From contig JBPOGF010000009.1 in NCBI GenBank assembly GCA_051251915.1, forward strand, positions 32,001 through 96,000: a stretch of DNA of 64,000 nucleotides, read 5' to 3'. Source of the stretch: Akkermansiaceae bacterium (GTDB lineage Bacteria > Verrucomicrobiota > Verrucomicrobiia > Verrucomicrobiales > Akkermansiaceae). Below are positions 1 through 9,336 of the stretch, in pieces (within the stretch, counting starts at the first letter, position 1; each line of letters begins with the position of its first letter). The position numbers were made by a program, and so were the translations under genes. The notes beneath the pieces were generated by a model. That model saw only the letters and a list, made by a program, of their open reading frames with translations, made no database searches and was not told the DNA's origin.

Positions 1-1893
1 AGATAACCCATCGGTAGTTTTTAACCCCGTGGCATGAGTATATTCAATCGTAACCTGGTTACCACTGATCGCCATAGAATCAAACCGCGGACCAAGTGAT
101 TCAATTGACTCACCTAGCACAAATTCACGAACCATCAGCGCCAGCCGAATACCGATCGGCTCCTTGTCCGTAGGGTGAATGTTATTATAAAAACCAGTAT
201 CTCGCGTCACACAGACATAAGCGTTATTCAGTGTAGCAAGCACATCCTGAGCCTCCCTAAATAACGGCCAAGTCGCCTGTTTATAGTAAGGAAGCTGAAC
301 CCCCAAAATAGGAAGATCCCCTTGCCCAAAACGCTCACGATATTCAGTCATCATAGCAGGCAGGCTAAATTTATATCTCGCACAGTTCACATTCGTCCCC
401 GCATTTGCCTCACCCTGGTACCAGATAAACCCAGAAATGCCATAATGCCTCATCGGATGAACCATCTTATTATAAATGATATTCGGCCGAGTCCGCATGA
501 AAATGTCATCGTCTGTAGTCGACCATCCATTTGTAGAGAGTTCAGTGATATAAGCCTCATTCGTAGCATAGCCCGTGCCTACTCTGCTAGACTTTTCAGT
601 CCCTGCATCATATTCACCGATGCTCTGATACAGTTGCATCATCTCCTCAAAATGCGGAAGCCTCTCACTAAGCTCCAATGGCATCCAGCCTTCGATAGAA
701 CTACTCCCCCAAGCCGCCCAAATAATCGCAACAGGCACCCCCGTAGACTCATGGAGATTTTTAGCAAACACTGAGCCAACTGCAGTCCAAGTATGCGCAG
801 CTGAATTATCCAGCCAGTTCATCCCATTGCTCTCGTCTTCCGTAGTTGAGCCGTTCTGAGTGATTTTCAAACAACGAATATTATCGTTAATCTTGATAGC
901 ATCAATATAATCGCTCTTCCAAGCCGCCATCGAATTCAAGTTATAAACCATATTGGATTGCCCAAAACAAAACCAAACATCACCCACAAGCACATCATTG
1001 ACCGTCCTCGTCAAGCCCCCACTAGTCACCACCAGAGTTTGTGATCCACCACCCACAGGAAGGGGTGCTAGCTCCACTTCCCAGCTCCCTTGAGCATCAG
1101 CCATACCGCTGCCAGCCACACCAGCCACACTTACTGACACTGCAGCATTGGGTGTTGCCGAGCCCCAAATTTTCACATTCTTACCACGTTGAAGAACCAT
1201 TCTATCTTGGAACGGTGACGCTAGAATCAGTTCCGTACCAGTGCTTATAGCAGTCCCCTGAACATAATAATTCATCGCTCTATCAGATACCCCATGTGCG
1301 GACGTGGTGATCGAAAGCCTGCCACCAACTGCACTTTCAAGATAATCAAATGTCGCCGGGCTAGTCCCAGCAGAAGGGTCATAAGTGAGAAAGAAACCGA
1401 AATCCTCATTCTCATCCACAGTAAGTGGCGTAGACAGCTCAAGAGTCACGTATTGATCATCAGCGATTGGTCCATCCAACGTGAATACTTCAGCATACAA
1501 CGGTGTAACCGAGGTTCCAGTATAGAAATTAGCTCCGGATGCATGACCATTTCCTGTTGTCCATTGCCCACTGGTTCCCTTAAATATTCTTAGAGTGAGA
1601 CTGTCGTTGTTGAATGTGGCTGCAACATCTTTCTGTATCGTGATCGAGCTGATTTGATAAGAACTTCGTGAGCCATCGGGGAGACTAAACAATTGACCAC
1701 GTGCATGGTTAGCATTGCCCGCTATAGGAGCTGGAGCCGACCCAGCTAAAGGGAAAATCTTAGAGTTCGTCGCGCCAGCTGACTGTGTCGCTATCACATT
1801 GGCCGATGGAGCCTTGTCTGAAACTGAGACTCCAGCAAAAGCAACATGCATTAACGCTGCAAACAGGGAGAGGTAGAGTTTAAATTGGTTCAT
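1..1893 (-). CDS. Secreted sialate O-acetylesterase (SASA/SGNH) domain protein; 3' end runs off the window
   Basis: Not in the ORF track. Manual translation from ATG 1893 gives a signal peptide (MNQFKLYLSLFAALMHVAFA), then VGDVWFCFGQSNM, GFIWYQGEAN and NIHPTDKEPIGIRLA motifs. Confidence 0.85.
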   Translation of the reverse strand, partial: MNQFKLYLSLFAALMHVAFAGVSVSDKAPSANVIATQSAGATNSKIFPLAGSAPAPIAGNANHARGQLFSLPDGSRSSYQISSITIQKDVAATFNNDSLTLRIFKGTSGQWTTGNGHASGANFYTGTSVTPLYAEVFTLDGPIADDQYVTLELSTPLTVDENEDFGFFLTYDPSAGTSPATFDYLESAVGGRLSITTSAHGVSDRAMNYYVQGTAISTGTELILASPFQDRMVLQRGKNVKIWGSATPNAAVSVSVAGVAGSGMADAQGSWEVELAPLPVGGGSQTLVVTSGGLTRTVNDVLVGDVWFCFGQSNMVYNLNSMAAWKSDYIDAIKINDNIRCLKITQNGSTTEDESNGMNWLDNSAAHTWTAVGSVFAKNLHESTGVPVAIIWAAWGSSSIEGWMPLELSERLPHFEEMMQLYQSIGEYDAGTEKSSRVGTGYATNEAYITELSTNGWSTTDDDIFMRTRPNIIYNKMVHPMRHYGISGFIWYQGEANAGTNVNCARYKFSLPAMMTEYRERFGQGDLPILGVQLPYYKQATWPLFREAQDVLATLNNAYVCVTRDTGFYNNIHPTDKEPIGIRLALMVREFVLGESIESLGPRFDSMAISGNQVTIEYTHATGLKTTDGLS

Positions 1894-2028
1894 ATTTTGT
1901 TCATTGTAATGGTTGATAAACCATATAAGTAGAACAATCAAACTTGACAAAAGGGTCAATCTAATACCTATTTCAGTTATGTTCGTCTACGTGTGTAACC
2001 TGTCACAATCTAGCCTCCATCGTCAACC

Positions 2029-3129
2029 ATGAAACCACTTAAACGTCTATCAGTTATCGAACAAAGCGCAGAATATCTACGTAATTCACTAACCCAAGGA
2101 ACCTGGACCGGTAAATTACCCGGCGTAGTGCGCCTAGCTGAAGAGCTCGGAGTCTCTAAACTCACCATGAGAGCTGCATTACGTCTGTTAGAAGACGAGG
2201 GTTTAGTGAGGTTAGCAGAAAACGGATACAGTCGTTACGCAGTGCCTCACGCAAAAAATACCAAGAAAAATATCCGCGTTGGAATCATGCTCGCAGAACC
2301 ACTCTCTGAGCAAGTCGCCCAGTTCCAAAAGCTCTTGACCGACATCCTCCAGCAGCTAGATCATGCAGGCTTCGAGTCATTCATCTATCATGAAGATTTG
2401 CAGTCATTAAAAAATGACGTAACCCGTGTCAATACAGTAGTCACTAGATCACCAGTAAGTATCTATATCGTGGTAGCCGGCTTCTTCGATATTCTAAAAT
2501 GGTTTTCAACCCAACCTCAGCCATGCATTGCTCTTTTTGGTCGTGGCGGATCTTTACCCATTGCGCGTGTTGGTATGCAAAAGGCTGTTGCCACCATTGA
2601 AGCGGTAAATTACTTAATCAAGCTAGGTCACAAACGCATCGTAAAATTAACGCGGAAAGACCGTCGCATCCCGCATTTGGCAGCATCTGAACTTAGGTTT
2701 TTAGCCACCCTAGAGGAGAACAATATCGAGACCAGCACCTACAACCTACCGGATTGGGAAGAAAGCCCGCAAGGACTTAACCTGCTTCTAGAAGGCCTAT
2801 TCAAGATGACACCCCCTACAGCCATCATCACTGACGAGGTTCCCATTTGGGTCGCAGTACAGCAATTCCTCGCACGCAAACGGCTACTAGTGCCAGAGGA
2901 TGTTTCCCTGATTGCATCCGATGACGATCCCTCACTCTACTGGTGCCAACCAGTCCCCAGCCACTTTAGCTGGGAAAGCGAACCCATCTTACGCCACGTA
3001 GTGCGCTGGGCCAAAGGAGTCAGACAAGGGAAAATTGACCAGCGACAAAAGTTCTACCCCGCAGAATTCGTCGTAGGAGGCACCATCGGACCAGTCAAAC
3101 GTAGCTCCATTACCAAGAGAAACAGTTGA
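2029..3129 (+). CDS. Transcriptional regulator: GntR-type HTH plus LacI-like substrate-binding domain
   Basis: LPGVVRLAEELGVSKLTMRAALRLLEDEG HTH; LIKLGHKRI, PTAII and VPEDVSLI periplasmic-binding-fold motifs. Confidence 0.85.
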   Translation: MKPLKRLSVIEQSAEYLRNSLTQGTWTGKLPGVVRLAEELGVSKLTMRAALRLLEDEGLVRLAENGYSRYAVPHAKNTKKNIRVGIMLAEPLSEQVAQFQKLLTDILQQLDHAGFESFIYHEDLQSLKNDVTRVNTVVTRSPVSIYIVVAGFFDILKWFSTQPQPCIALFGRGGSLPIARVGMQKAVATIEAVNYLIKLGHKRIVKLTRKDRRIPHLAASELRFLATLEENNIETSTYNLPDWEESPQGLNLLLEGLFKMTPPTAIITDEVPIWVAVQQFLARKRLLVPEDVSLIASDDDPSLYWCQPVPSHFSWESEPILRHVVRWAKGVRQGKIDQRQKFYPAEFVVGGTIGPVKRSSITKRNS

Positions 3130-3158
3130 TAAAAATCAGCTATTCCTCCCCCCCCCAT

Positions 3159-4982
3159 TCACTTCACCTTCCCATACCGGCTCTGCACAGAATCCACAGA
3201 GTGCCTATAATTACGGTTTTCACCACGCCTCGGCTGCTTCTGCTCCTTCCGGTGCGCCCGCTCAGTGAAAATCAATATCCCCAGCGGCACAAAGAAAAAC
3301 AACACGCCCATCCCAGGCAGCAACCAGCTCCCCCCACTCACACCCTTCTCCAGCACACTCACCTCCGGCTCATTCGGATCATAAAATATCGCCACTTTTT
3401 TCCCTTTGCGGTATCGCTTCACTATCTTCTGCGCCCTGTTCCTACTACTCGTACTCACCTCGCCAAAAGCCACCCTATCCCCCTCATAACGCTGTTTATC
3501 CACCACATACTTATAAGTCACATCAGCCCCATAAGTCGTCCCATCACTATCACTATTAACAGACACCTTACTCGTCAAAACCACTCCCTTCACACTCGGC
3601 CAGCTCTCACTCTCTTTCGCCGTAATCATGTTAGAAATCCCAAACCCTAACATCGCCAAGCCCGCCATCAAAAACACCCCAAGGAAAATCCTCAAGACCC
3701 AAGTCCCCCCCTTCATATCTTTAATCTGCACCGTATTGCTATAAAATGGCACCTCCGCCGGTGAAAAGCTCTGCGGCACAGCTTCCACCACCGAAGCCCG
3801 CTCAACACTCATCGACCCACCGTAGACCCCCCTACCACTACTCTCCGGAACCTCATCCACCGTCTCTCTAACAACCTCCGGCCTCAACCACCCGTTCAGC
3901 TTCCGCTTCACCACATCAGAAATCTCCTGATCCACCCAGCTAAACAACTTCATCTTCTCAGTCGCCCCCTTCATCACCACCGAATAGCGCGTCGCATTAT
4001 TACTAGACCCACTATTCTTCACCTCCACCTTACTAAAATCAGATTTCTGCAAACTCACCTTACTCTTACTCACCCCACCACGCAGCTTCTCCTTAATCAC
4101 CCTATCCCCCTTAAACGTATATTTCTCAGCCGTCCCTAACCTAGTAAGACCCATAATAAACGTCACAAATGCACCCACCACAATCAAACTCCCCACAATA
4201 CCAAAGAGCAGCGGCCCGTCCTCAACCCAAAACCCCACCGCCATAAAAATACTCCCAAACACCACCCCAAACAACCCACCAAAAATCATCCCCACCCCAA
4301 TCTTAGAGCCATTCTTCACCACCTCAAACTCCTCACCCCCCAGCAAAGAAACAGTCACCCCATCCTTCGTAAAATCACCACCCTCACCCTCATCAGAACT
4401 AAAATACGCCTCATCCAGATCCTCCTCACTAGGTAACCCACCCTGCTCCGCCAAGCTCCCTAACATCTCACTCGCAAGCCACCTCAGCTCCCCCTCCTTC
4501 AACCCACTCCCAAACTTAATACCATACCCCGACCTAGCCTTCACCATCAACCCATAATTCGGTTTCCCATTCGTCTCCGAAGAAGAATACAACCCCACCC
4601 CATGCACATTCCCACGTAAAATCCCCTCACTCGTCTCCTTCTTCCCTATAGTCTTCACCACCTCCACCGCACCATCACGCACCCGCACCTTATGTGATGT
4701 ATACCGCATCCTATACCCCAAATAAGCAATCCCCCCACCCGCCAAAAAGAAAATACTAAGAAACACCAACCCTCCCAACATTCCCCACCACGACGACACC
4801 TCACCCTTATCAGAAAAGGCAGCAAATCCCATCATTCCCAAAATCGCCAACGGAGGCAAACAAAACACACACCCAAAAATCATCAAACACCCCACCCCCC
4901 TCTTCGCCGGTACATCCCACTCAACACCGTTCCCTACCTCCCTCTGAGAAATCCCACTCTTCGCTGGCTGCAAACTCTTCAT
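3159..4982 (-). CDS. Multi-pass membrane protein with C-terminal DUF3592-like domain
   Basis: Several TM pairs; ESESWPSVKGVV...TYKYVVD...AIFYDPNEPEVSVLE pattern. Confidence 0.7.
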   Translation of the reverse strand: MKSLQPAKSGISQREVGNGVEWDVPAKRGVGCLMIFGCVFCLPPLAILGMMGFAAFSDKGEVSSWWGMLGGLVFLSIFFLAGGGIAYLGYRMRYTSHKVRVRDGAVEVVKTIGKKETSEGILRGNVHGVGLYSSSETNGKPNYGLMVKARSGYGIKFGSGLKEGELRWLASEMLGSLAEQGGLPSEEDLDEAYFSSDEGEGGDFTKDGVTVSLLGGEEFEVVKNGSKIGVGMIFGGLFGVVFGSIFMAVGFWVEDGPLLFGIVGSLIVVGAFVTFIMGLTRLGTAEKYTFKGDRVIKEKLRGGVSKSKVSLQKSDFSKVEVKNSGSSNNATRYSVVMKGATEKMKLFSWVDQEISDVVKRKLNGWLRPEVVRETVDEVPESSGRGVYGGSMSVERASVVEAVPQSFSPAEVPFYSNTVQIKDMKGGTWVLRIFLGVFLMAGLAMLGFGISNMITAKESESWPSVKGVVLTSKVSVNSDSDGTTYGADVTYKYVVDKQRYEGDRVAFGEVSTSSRNRAQKIVKRYRKGKKVAIFYDPNEPEVSVLEKGVSGGSWLLPGMGVLFFFVPLGILIFTERAHRKEQKQPRRGENRNYRHSVDSVQSRYGKVK

Positions 4983-5016
4983 ACCCCATTCATAAATCCC
5001 CCAACAAAATTTGTCA

Positions 5017-6252
5017 TCAATAATTCTCCGTATCCAAATCCGGAATATGCGTAAACGCTATCCGCATATTCCCATTGTCCAGCGCCGCATGGTCACACCC
5101 CAAATGCATCGCCTTCTTCCCAAACCGTAACTGCAACTTATCCATCGCCACATTCAACGCATCCCTATTTTTATTCACCGGACTAAATAACGACGGCGTA
5201 AAATTATCCCTCTCCACCAGCCTGCACAACGTCACCCCAAGCTGCCTCACAGGCTGCTCCAGCAAACTCCGCTCACGCCATAACCTCGACACCACCTTCG
5301 CAAAAAACAACCCATCAGAACTCGCATCAAACCTCACCTCCCGCCCCCATCGCTCCCCATTCAGATACCGCACATCCACCACCAACGCCTCAGCCAACAT
5401 CCCATAACTCCGCAACCGCACCCCCGCCTTCTGCGTCAACTTATGCAACACCGCCTCAGCCTCCACCGGCCTCCGCTTCACCGGCGGTAAAATATGCGAG
5501 TGCCCTATGCTTCTCTTCTCCATCACCACATCCGGCACATCATGCCCCCGCAACTGCAAATACAACCTATCACCCTCCACACTCCCCCAGATCCTATGCA
5601 GCTCCTGCAGCGTGCACCCACACAGATCCTTCACCGTATGCACCCCCGCCGCATGCAACCGTATCTTCATACTCCGCCCCACCCCATGAATGTCTGACAA
5701 CTCCTCAGAATACAACACATCCGGCAAATCCCCCTCCCGTATCACCATATACCCATCAGGCTTCCGCATCTTAGACGCCATCTTCGCCAGCCACCTATTC
5801 GGCCCCACCCCAATAGAACACGTCAGCGCATCGCTAAATTCCGCCAACATCTCACGCTTTATCGCCCCAGCCACCTCCGCTATCTTCTCCTCCCTCCGCC
5901 AATTATACGGCAACCACGCCCACATCTCATCAATAGACAACACCTTCTCCACATGGATACACCGCTCCACTATCTCTATCGCCCTATGATGCGTCCGCAC
6001 ATACAACTCCGGCCGCGCCGGCACAATCACAATCCCCGGACAAATCTCCCTCGCCTCACTCACCCGCGTCCCCGTCTTCACCCCCATCCGCTTCGCCTCA
6101 TAACTCGCCGCGATACAACAAGAGCTCTCCGCCATCACCGGCACCACCCCCACCGGCCGCCCACGTAAAGACGGCTCAAAATGCTGCTCCACAGACGCAA
6201 AATATGCATCAAAATCAATAAACAGCGCAGACAAAGGAATAGATTCATTCAT
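5017..6252 (-). CDS. dinB: Y-family DNA polymerase (Pol IV/DinB-like)
   Basis: LFIDFDAYFASVEQ, AASYEAK, LSIDE and SKMRKPDG motifs; start placed at ATG 6252 (MNESIP). Confidence 0.85.
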   Translation of the reverse strand: MNESIPLSALFIDFDAYFASVEQHFEPSLRGRPVGVVPVMAESSCCIAASYEAKRMGVKTGTRVSEAREICPGIVIVPARPELYVRTHHRAIEIVERCIHVEKVLSIDEMWAWLPYNWRREEKIAEVAGAIKREMLAEFSDALTCSIGVGPNRWLAKMASKMRKPDGYMVIREGDLPDVLYSEELSDIHGVGRSMKIRLHAAGVHTVKDLCGCTLQELHRIWGSVEGDRLYLQLRGHDVPDVVMEKRSIGHSHILPPVKRRPVEAEAVLHKLTQKAGVRLRSYGMLAEALVVDVRYLNGERWGREVRFDASSDGLFFAKVVSRLWRERSLLEQPVRQLGVTLCRLVERDNFTPSLFSPVNKNRDALNVAMDKLQLRFGKKAMHLGCDHAALDNGNMRIAFTHIPDLDTENY

Positions 6253-6272
6253 AACAGATAAACCCACCAATA

Positions 6273-6286
6273 TACTCAAATGAACA
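6273..6286 (-). promoter_or_regulatory. Putative LexA (SOS) box overlapping the dinB promoter
   Basis: Minus strand TGTTC-ATTT-GAGTA versus the Verrucomicrobia LexA consensus TGTTC-N4-GAACA; lies just downstream of TTGACT (6295-6290). Confidence 0.6.
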
Positions 6287-6436
6287 CTCAGTCAACCACC
6301 AAAAAAATCCCCAACTCCAACACCTCATAAATTAACCCAGAGCCAATCAAGAATAATACCATTTACATTTACTCACCACCCTACAAATCGTAAAACAAAC
6401 CGCCCCTAGATTCAGAACGACACAACCAATAAGATC

Positions 6437-7987
6437 ATGCTCAAAACTTACCACTACGCCATCCTCATCCTACTAGCATCCTTCATCCCATCCCTCGCCT
6501 CTGAAAAGCGCCCCAACATCATCATCATGATGCTAGATGACCTCGGTTACTCCGACTTCGGCTGCTACGGCAGTGAAATCAAAACACCCAACATCGACAA
6601 ACTCGCCGCAGAAGGCATCCGTTTCCGCAGCTTCTACAACACCGCCAAATGCCACTCATCCCGCGTCAGCCTACTCACCGGACTCTACAGCGACCAAGCC
6701 GGAGACTCCAAAATGGATCGCGGCGTCACCATCGCAGAAGTCCTACAGCCCGCCGGCTACAACACCGCCATGGTAGGAAAATGGCACCTCGATAAAGAAC
6801 CTACCCAACGAGGATTCGACAAATACTTCGGCCACCTCTCAGGAGCCACCAACTTCTTCACAGGTGACAACAGCTTCCGCCTCAATGGCGAAAAATGGGA
6901 CAACTTCGATAAAGACTTCTACACCACCGATGCCAATATCAAATTCGCCAAACAATTCCTAACAGAATCCATCACCGACTCTCCAGAAAAGCCCTTCTTC
7001 CTCTACATCGCCCACAACGCACCACACTTCCCACTCCAAGTAAAAAAACAAGACTTCGATAAATACCAAGGAGTCTACGACAAAGGCTGGGACCAAATCA
7101 GAGCCCAGCGACTCGCCAAACAAAAAAACCTCAAACTATACCCAACACAATGGAAACCAGCCGCACGCCCCGCACTAGTTCCAGACTGGACCACACTAAG
7201 CCAGAAAGATCAACTCTGGGAATCCCGCCGCATGATGGCCTTCGCCGGCATGGTAGACTGCGTAGATCAAACCACCGGAGACCTCATCGCATTTCTCAAA
7301 GAAAAAAACATCTACGACAACACCCTCATCATGATTTGCTCAGACAACGGAGCATGCCCATTCGAGCGCACCAGACACCCAGAAAAAGAACCCTGGGACC
7401 CCGCCTCATACTGGTGCTATGACACCGGCTGGTCACACGTCGGCAACACCCCCTTCCGCCTACACAAACAAAACCAACACGCCGGCGGCATCACCAGCCC
7501 ACTCATCGTCCACTGGCCCAGCAAAATAGCCAAAAAAGACCAAGGAACCATCACCACCCAGCCCGGACACCTCATCGACTTCATGGCCACATGCATCGAC
7601 CTCGCCAAAGCCGACTACCCCAAAACCCATAACAACAGAACAGTCCAACCCTACGAAGGCCTATCACTCGCACCCATCTTCGAAAACAAACAACGCGAAC
7701 AACACCAAGACCTATTCTTCAGATTCGCAAGCAACAGAGCCATCATCCAAGGCGACTGGAAACTCGTCACCCACAGAGCCACCAAATGGGAACTCTACAA
7801 CATCGCCCAAGACGGCACCGAAATGAATGACCTAGCCCGCCAAAACCCCGAAAAAGTCAAACTACTCAAAGAAATCTGGCACACCCAAGCACAAGAAAAA
7901 GGCCTACTCACAGGACAAGACATTCAGCCAGTCTCAGGAAAAACCCCACCATCACTAAAGAAAACAGGCCACCCCGCAAAACCCTAA
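6437..7987 (+). CDS. Arylsulfatase (formylglycine-dependent)
   Basis: Signal peptide, RPNIIIMMLDDLGY, CHSSRVSLLTG, GKWHL. Confidence 0.9.
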   Translation: MLKTYHYAILILLASFIPSLASEKRPNIIIMMLDDLGYSDFGCYGSEIKTPNIDKLAAEGIRFRSFYNTAKCHSSRVSLLTGLYSDQAGDSKMDRGVTIAEVLQPAGYNTAMVGKWHLDKEPTQRGFDKYFGHLSGATNFFTGDNSFRLNGEKWDNFDKDFYTTDANIKFAKQFLTESITDSPEKPFFLYIAHNAPHFPLQVKKQDFDKYQGVYDKGWDQIRAQRLAKQKNLKLYPTQWKPAARPALVPDWTTLSQKDQLWESRRMMAFAGMVDCVDQTTGDLIAFLKEKNIYDNTLIMICSDNGACPFERTRHPEKEPWDPASYWCYDTGWSHVGNTPFRLHKQNQHAGGITSPLIVHWPSKIAKKDQGTITTQPGHLIDFMATCIDLAKADYPKTHNNRTVQPYEGLSLAPIFENKQREQHQDLFFRFASNRAIIQGDWKLVTHRATKWELYNIAQDGTEMNDLARQNPEKVKLLKEIWHTQAQEKGLLTGQDIQPVSGKTPPSLKKTGHPAKP

Positions 7988-8012
7988 AGCAACCATCACC
8001 ATAGCCACAAAC

Positions 8013-8042
8013 AATCGCGTGCACCGCAAGCATTATACGCGA
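8013..8042. repeat. REP-like 30-bp hairpin, copy 1
   Basis: AATCGCGTGC-N11-TATACGCGA, also found at 9061 and 9217. Confidence 0.75.
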
Positions 8043-8051
8043 ACCACCCAC

Positions 8052-8094
8052 GCCCCAAAGGGGCCATCTACGCCAGCCTAGGCCAACGCCCTAG
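8052..8094. repeat. Second REP-like double hairpin
   Basis: GCCCC-AAA-GGGGC followed by CTAGGCCAACGCCCTAG; single copy in this window. Confidence 0.45.
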
Positions 8095-8150
8095 AAAGAC
8101 CAACACCACCACACCACAAGCCTAGTATCCTCAAGCCTCCAGCATAAACA

Positions 8151-8543
8151 TCACCTAATAAAAAACCCCACAACCTTACCATCAGCAATCGATAACTCAG
8201 CAATCGATAACTCAGCAAGCTTATCCGCCACATTCTCACCATCAAAATCCAACTTCCAATAATAAGTAATAAACCTCCCCCGATTCAACGCCCCCATATA
8301 AACCTTCTTATAACCCTCCTTCATCAGCGGCGCAACCTGCTTCGAAACCCCATTCAGAAGCTTCTCAGTCATCGCCGCCTTCATCTTCTCACCACAAATC
8401 GACTCAAACCTCTCCAAATCATCCTCCTCAGTAGCCACCAAAAGAACATCAAGCTTAGCAGTAGGCTCTTTCGGCGCCTCCACCGCAACCGCACTCAAAC
8501 AACTAGAACAGATCAGAACAAAAGATAGTATCGTATTTTTCAT
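8151..8543 (-). CDS. Hypothetical secreted protein
   Basis: 130-aa ORF with signal peptide. Confidence 0.65.
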   Translation of the reverse strand: MKNTILSFVLICSSCLSAVAVEAPKEPTAKLDVLLVATEEDDLERFESICGEKMKAAMTEKLLNGVSKQVAPLMKEGYKKVYMGALNRGRFITYYWKLDFDGENVADKLAELSIAELSIADGKVVGFFIR

Positions 8544-8569
8544 AATATTTTATCGTAACCATTCACCCA

Positions 8570-8872
8570 CTACTCCTCAGCTTCAACAACAGGCTCCTTA
8601 TTCTCCATCACCAACCCCAGACTCCTCAAATTTAACCACACATCACCACTGATCTCCTTCGAGGCTATACCGTCAGTCACCTTCACCTTAATCCATTGCC
8701 CCTCAATTTTCTCAACGGTAAATGTCACCACCAACAGCCCAATCTGTGTCTTATAAGATTGACCAACCTTAACGAAGCTCGGCGTCGATTCTTGAGCATA
8801 GACCGCCTGAGAAGACCCAATGATAAAAATACTTAAGATGCAGAGCAGGTAGCGATTTGATAAATAGTTCAT
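8570..8872 (-). CDS. Hypothetical secreted protein
   Basis: ATG 8872, signal peptide ending AVYA, small beta-rich domain. Confidence 0.6.
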   Translation of the reverse strand: MNYLSNRYLLCILSIFIIGSSQAVYAQESTPSFVKVGQSYKTQIGLLVVTFTVEKIEGQWIKVKVTDGIASKEISGDVWLNLRSLGLVMENKEPVVEAEE

Positions 8873-9060
8873 AATAGTTTTAGTCGAATAGTTTAATGAA
8901 TGCACGACAACTAATAATCAGCCGCGCAAATGAGTGGTGGCACAAGAGTTTTTTTTGTATCTATTAGCACCTAACACCACACACATTAGCAACATTAACC
9001 ACCATGTAAAACTAAACCGCAAAAACTTACCCCACCTTTTCTTATACCCCCAAATCAGCT

Positions 9061-9131
9061 AATCGCGTGCGGCATCGCCGCTATACGCGACAACCCAAGC
9101 AACATTCGTGAAAATTAGTGTTATTCGTGGT
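9061..9131. repeat. Composite repeat: 30-bp hairpin copy 2, AACCCAAGC spacer and TTCGTG-type triplet
   Basis: Same arrangement recurs at 9217-9305. Confidence 0.7.
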
Positions 9132-9216
9132 CCAGCACCGCTGGTCAAAGCACCAAGCCCCCAACCCAAGTTCCGCTCCATCACCCCCACGTAAAACAGC
9201 AGAGCTGCACGTGGTT

Positions 9217-9305
9217 AATCGCGTGCGCCACAGGCGTTATACGCGACATCAACCCAAGCCACAAAAACCCAAGCAAACTTTCGTGTATTTAGTATATTTC
9301 GCGGT
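9217..9305. repeat. Composite repeat: 30-bp hairpin copy 3, AACCCAAGC spacers and TTCGTG-type triplet
   Basis: Matches 9061-9131. Confidence 0.7.
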
Positions 9306-9336
9306 AACCCCCCACACAACCCAAGCAACATAAAAC

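Noticed and set aside
322..1593. Plus-strand ORFs 322-774, 1041-1250 and 1294-1593
   Set aside because: Antisense shadows of the minus-strand acetylesterase gene
1944..1959. TTGAC-N6-GTCAA dyad between divergent genes
   Set aside because: Could be an operator or back-to-back -35 boxes, but I found no well-spaced -10 and it is a single copy
8182..8218. 15-bp tandem duplication giving ELSIA-ELSIA
   Set aside because: Simple in-frame slippage with no further support
8013..9246. 30-bp repeats as a possible CRISPR array
   Set aside because: Spacing is irregular (about 1 kb and 126 bp), the centre varies, genes lie between copies and there are no cas genes
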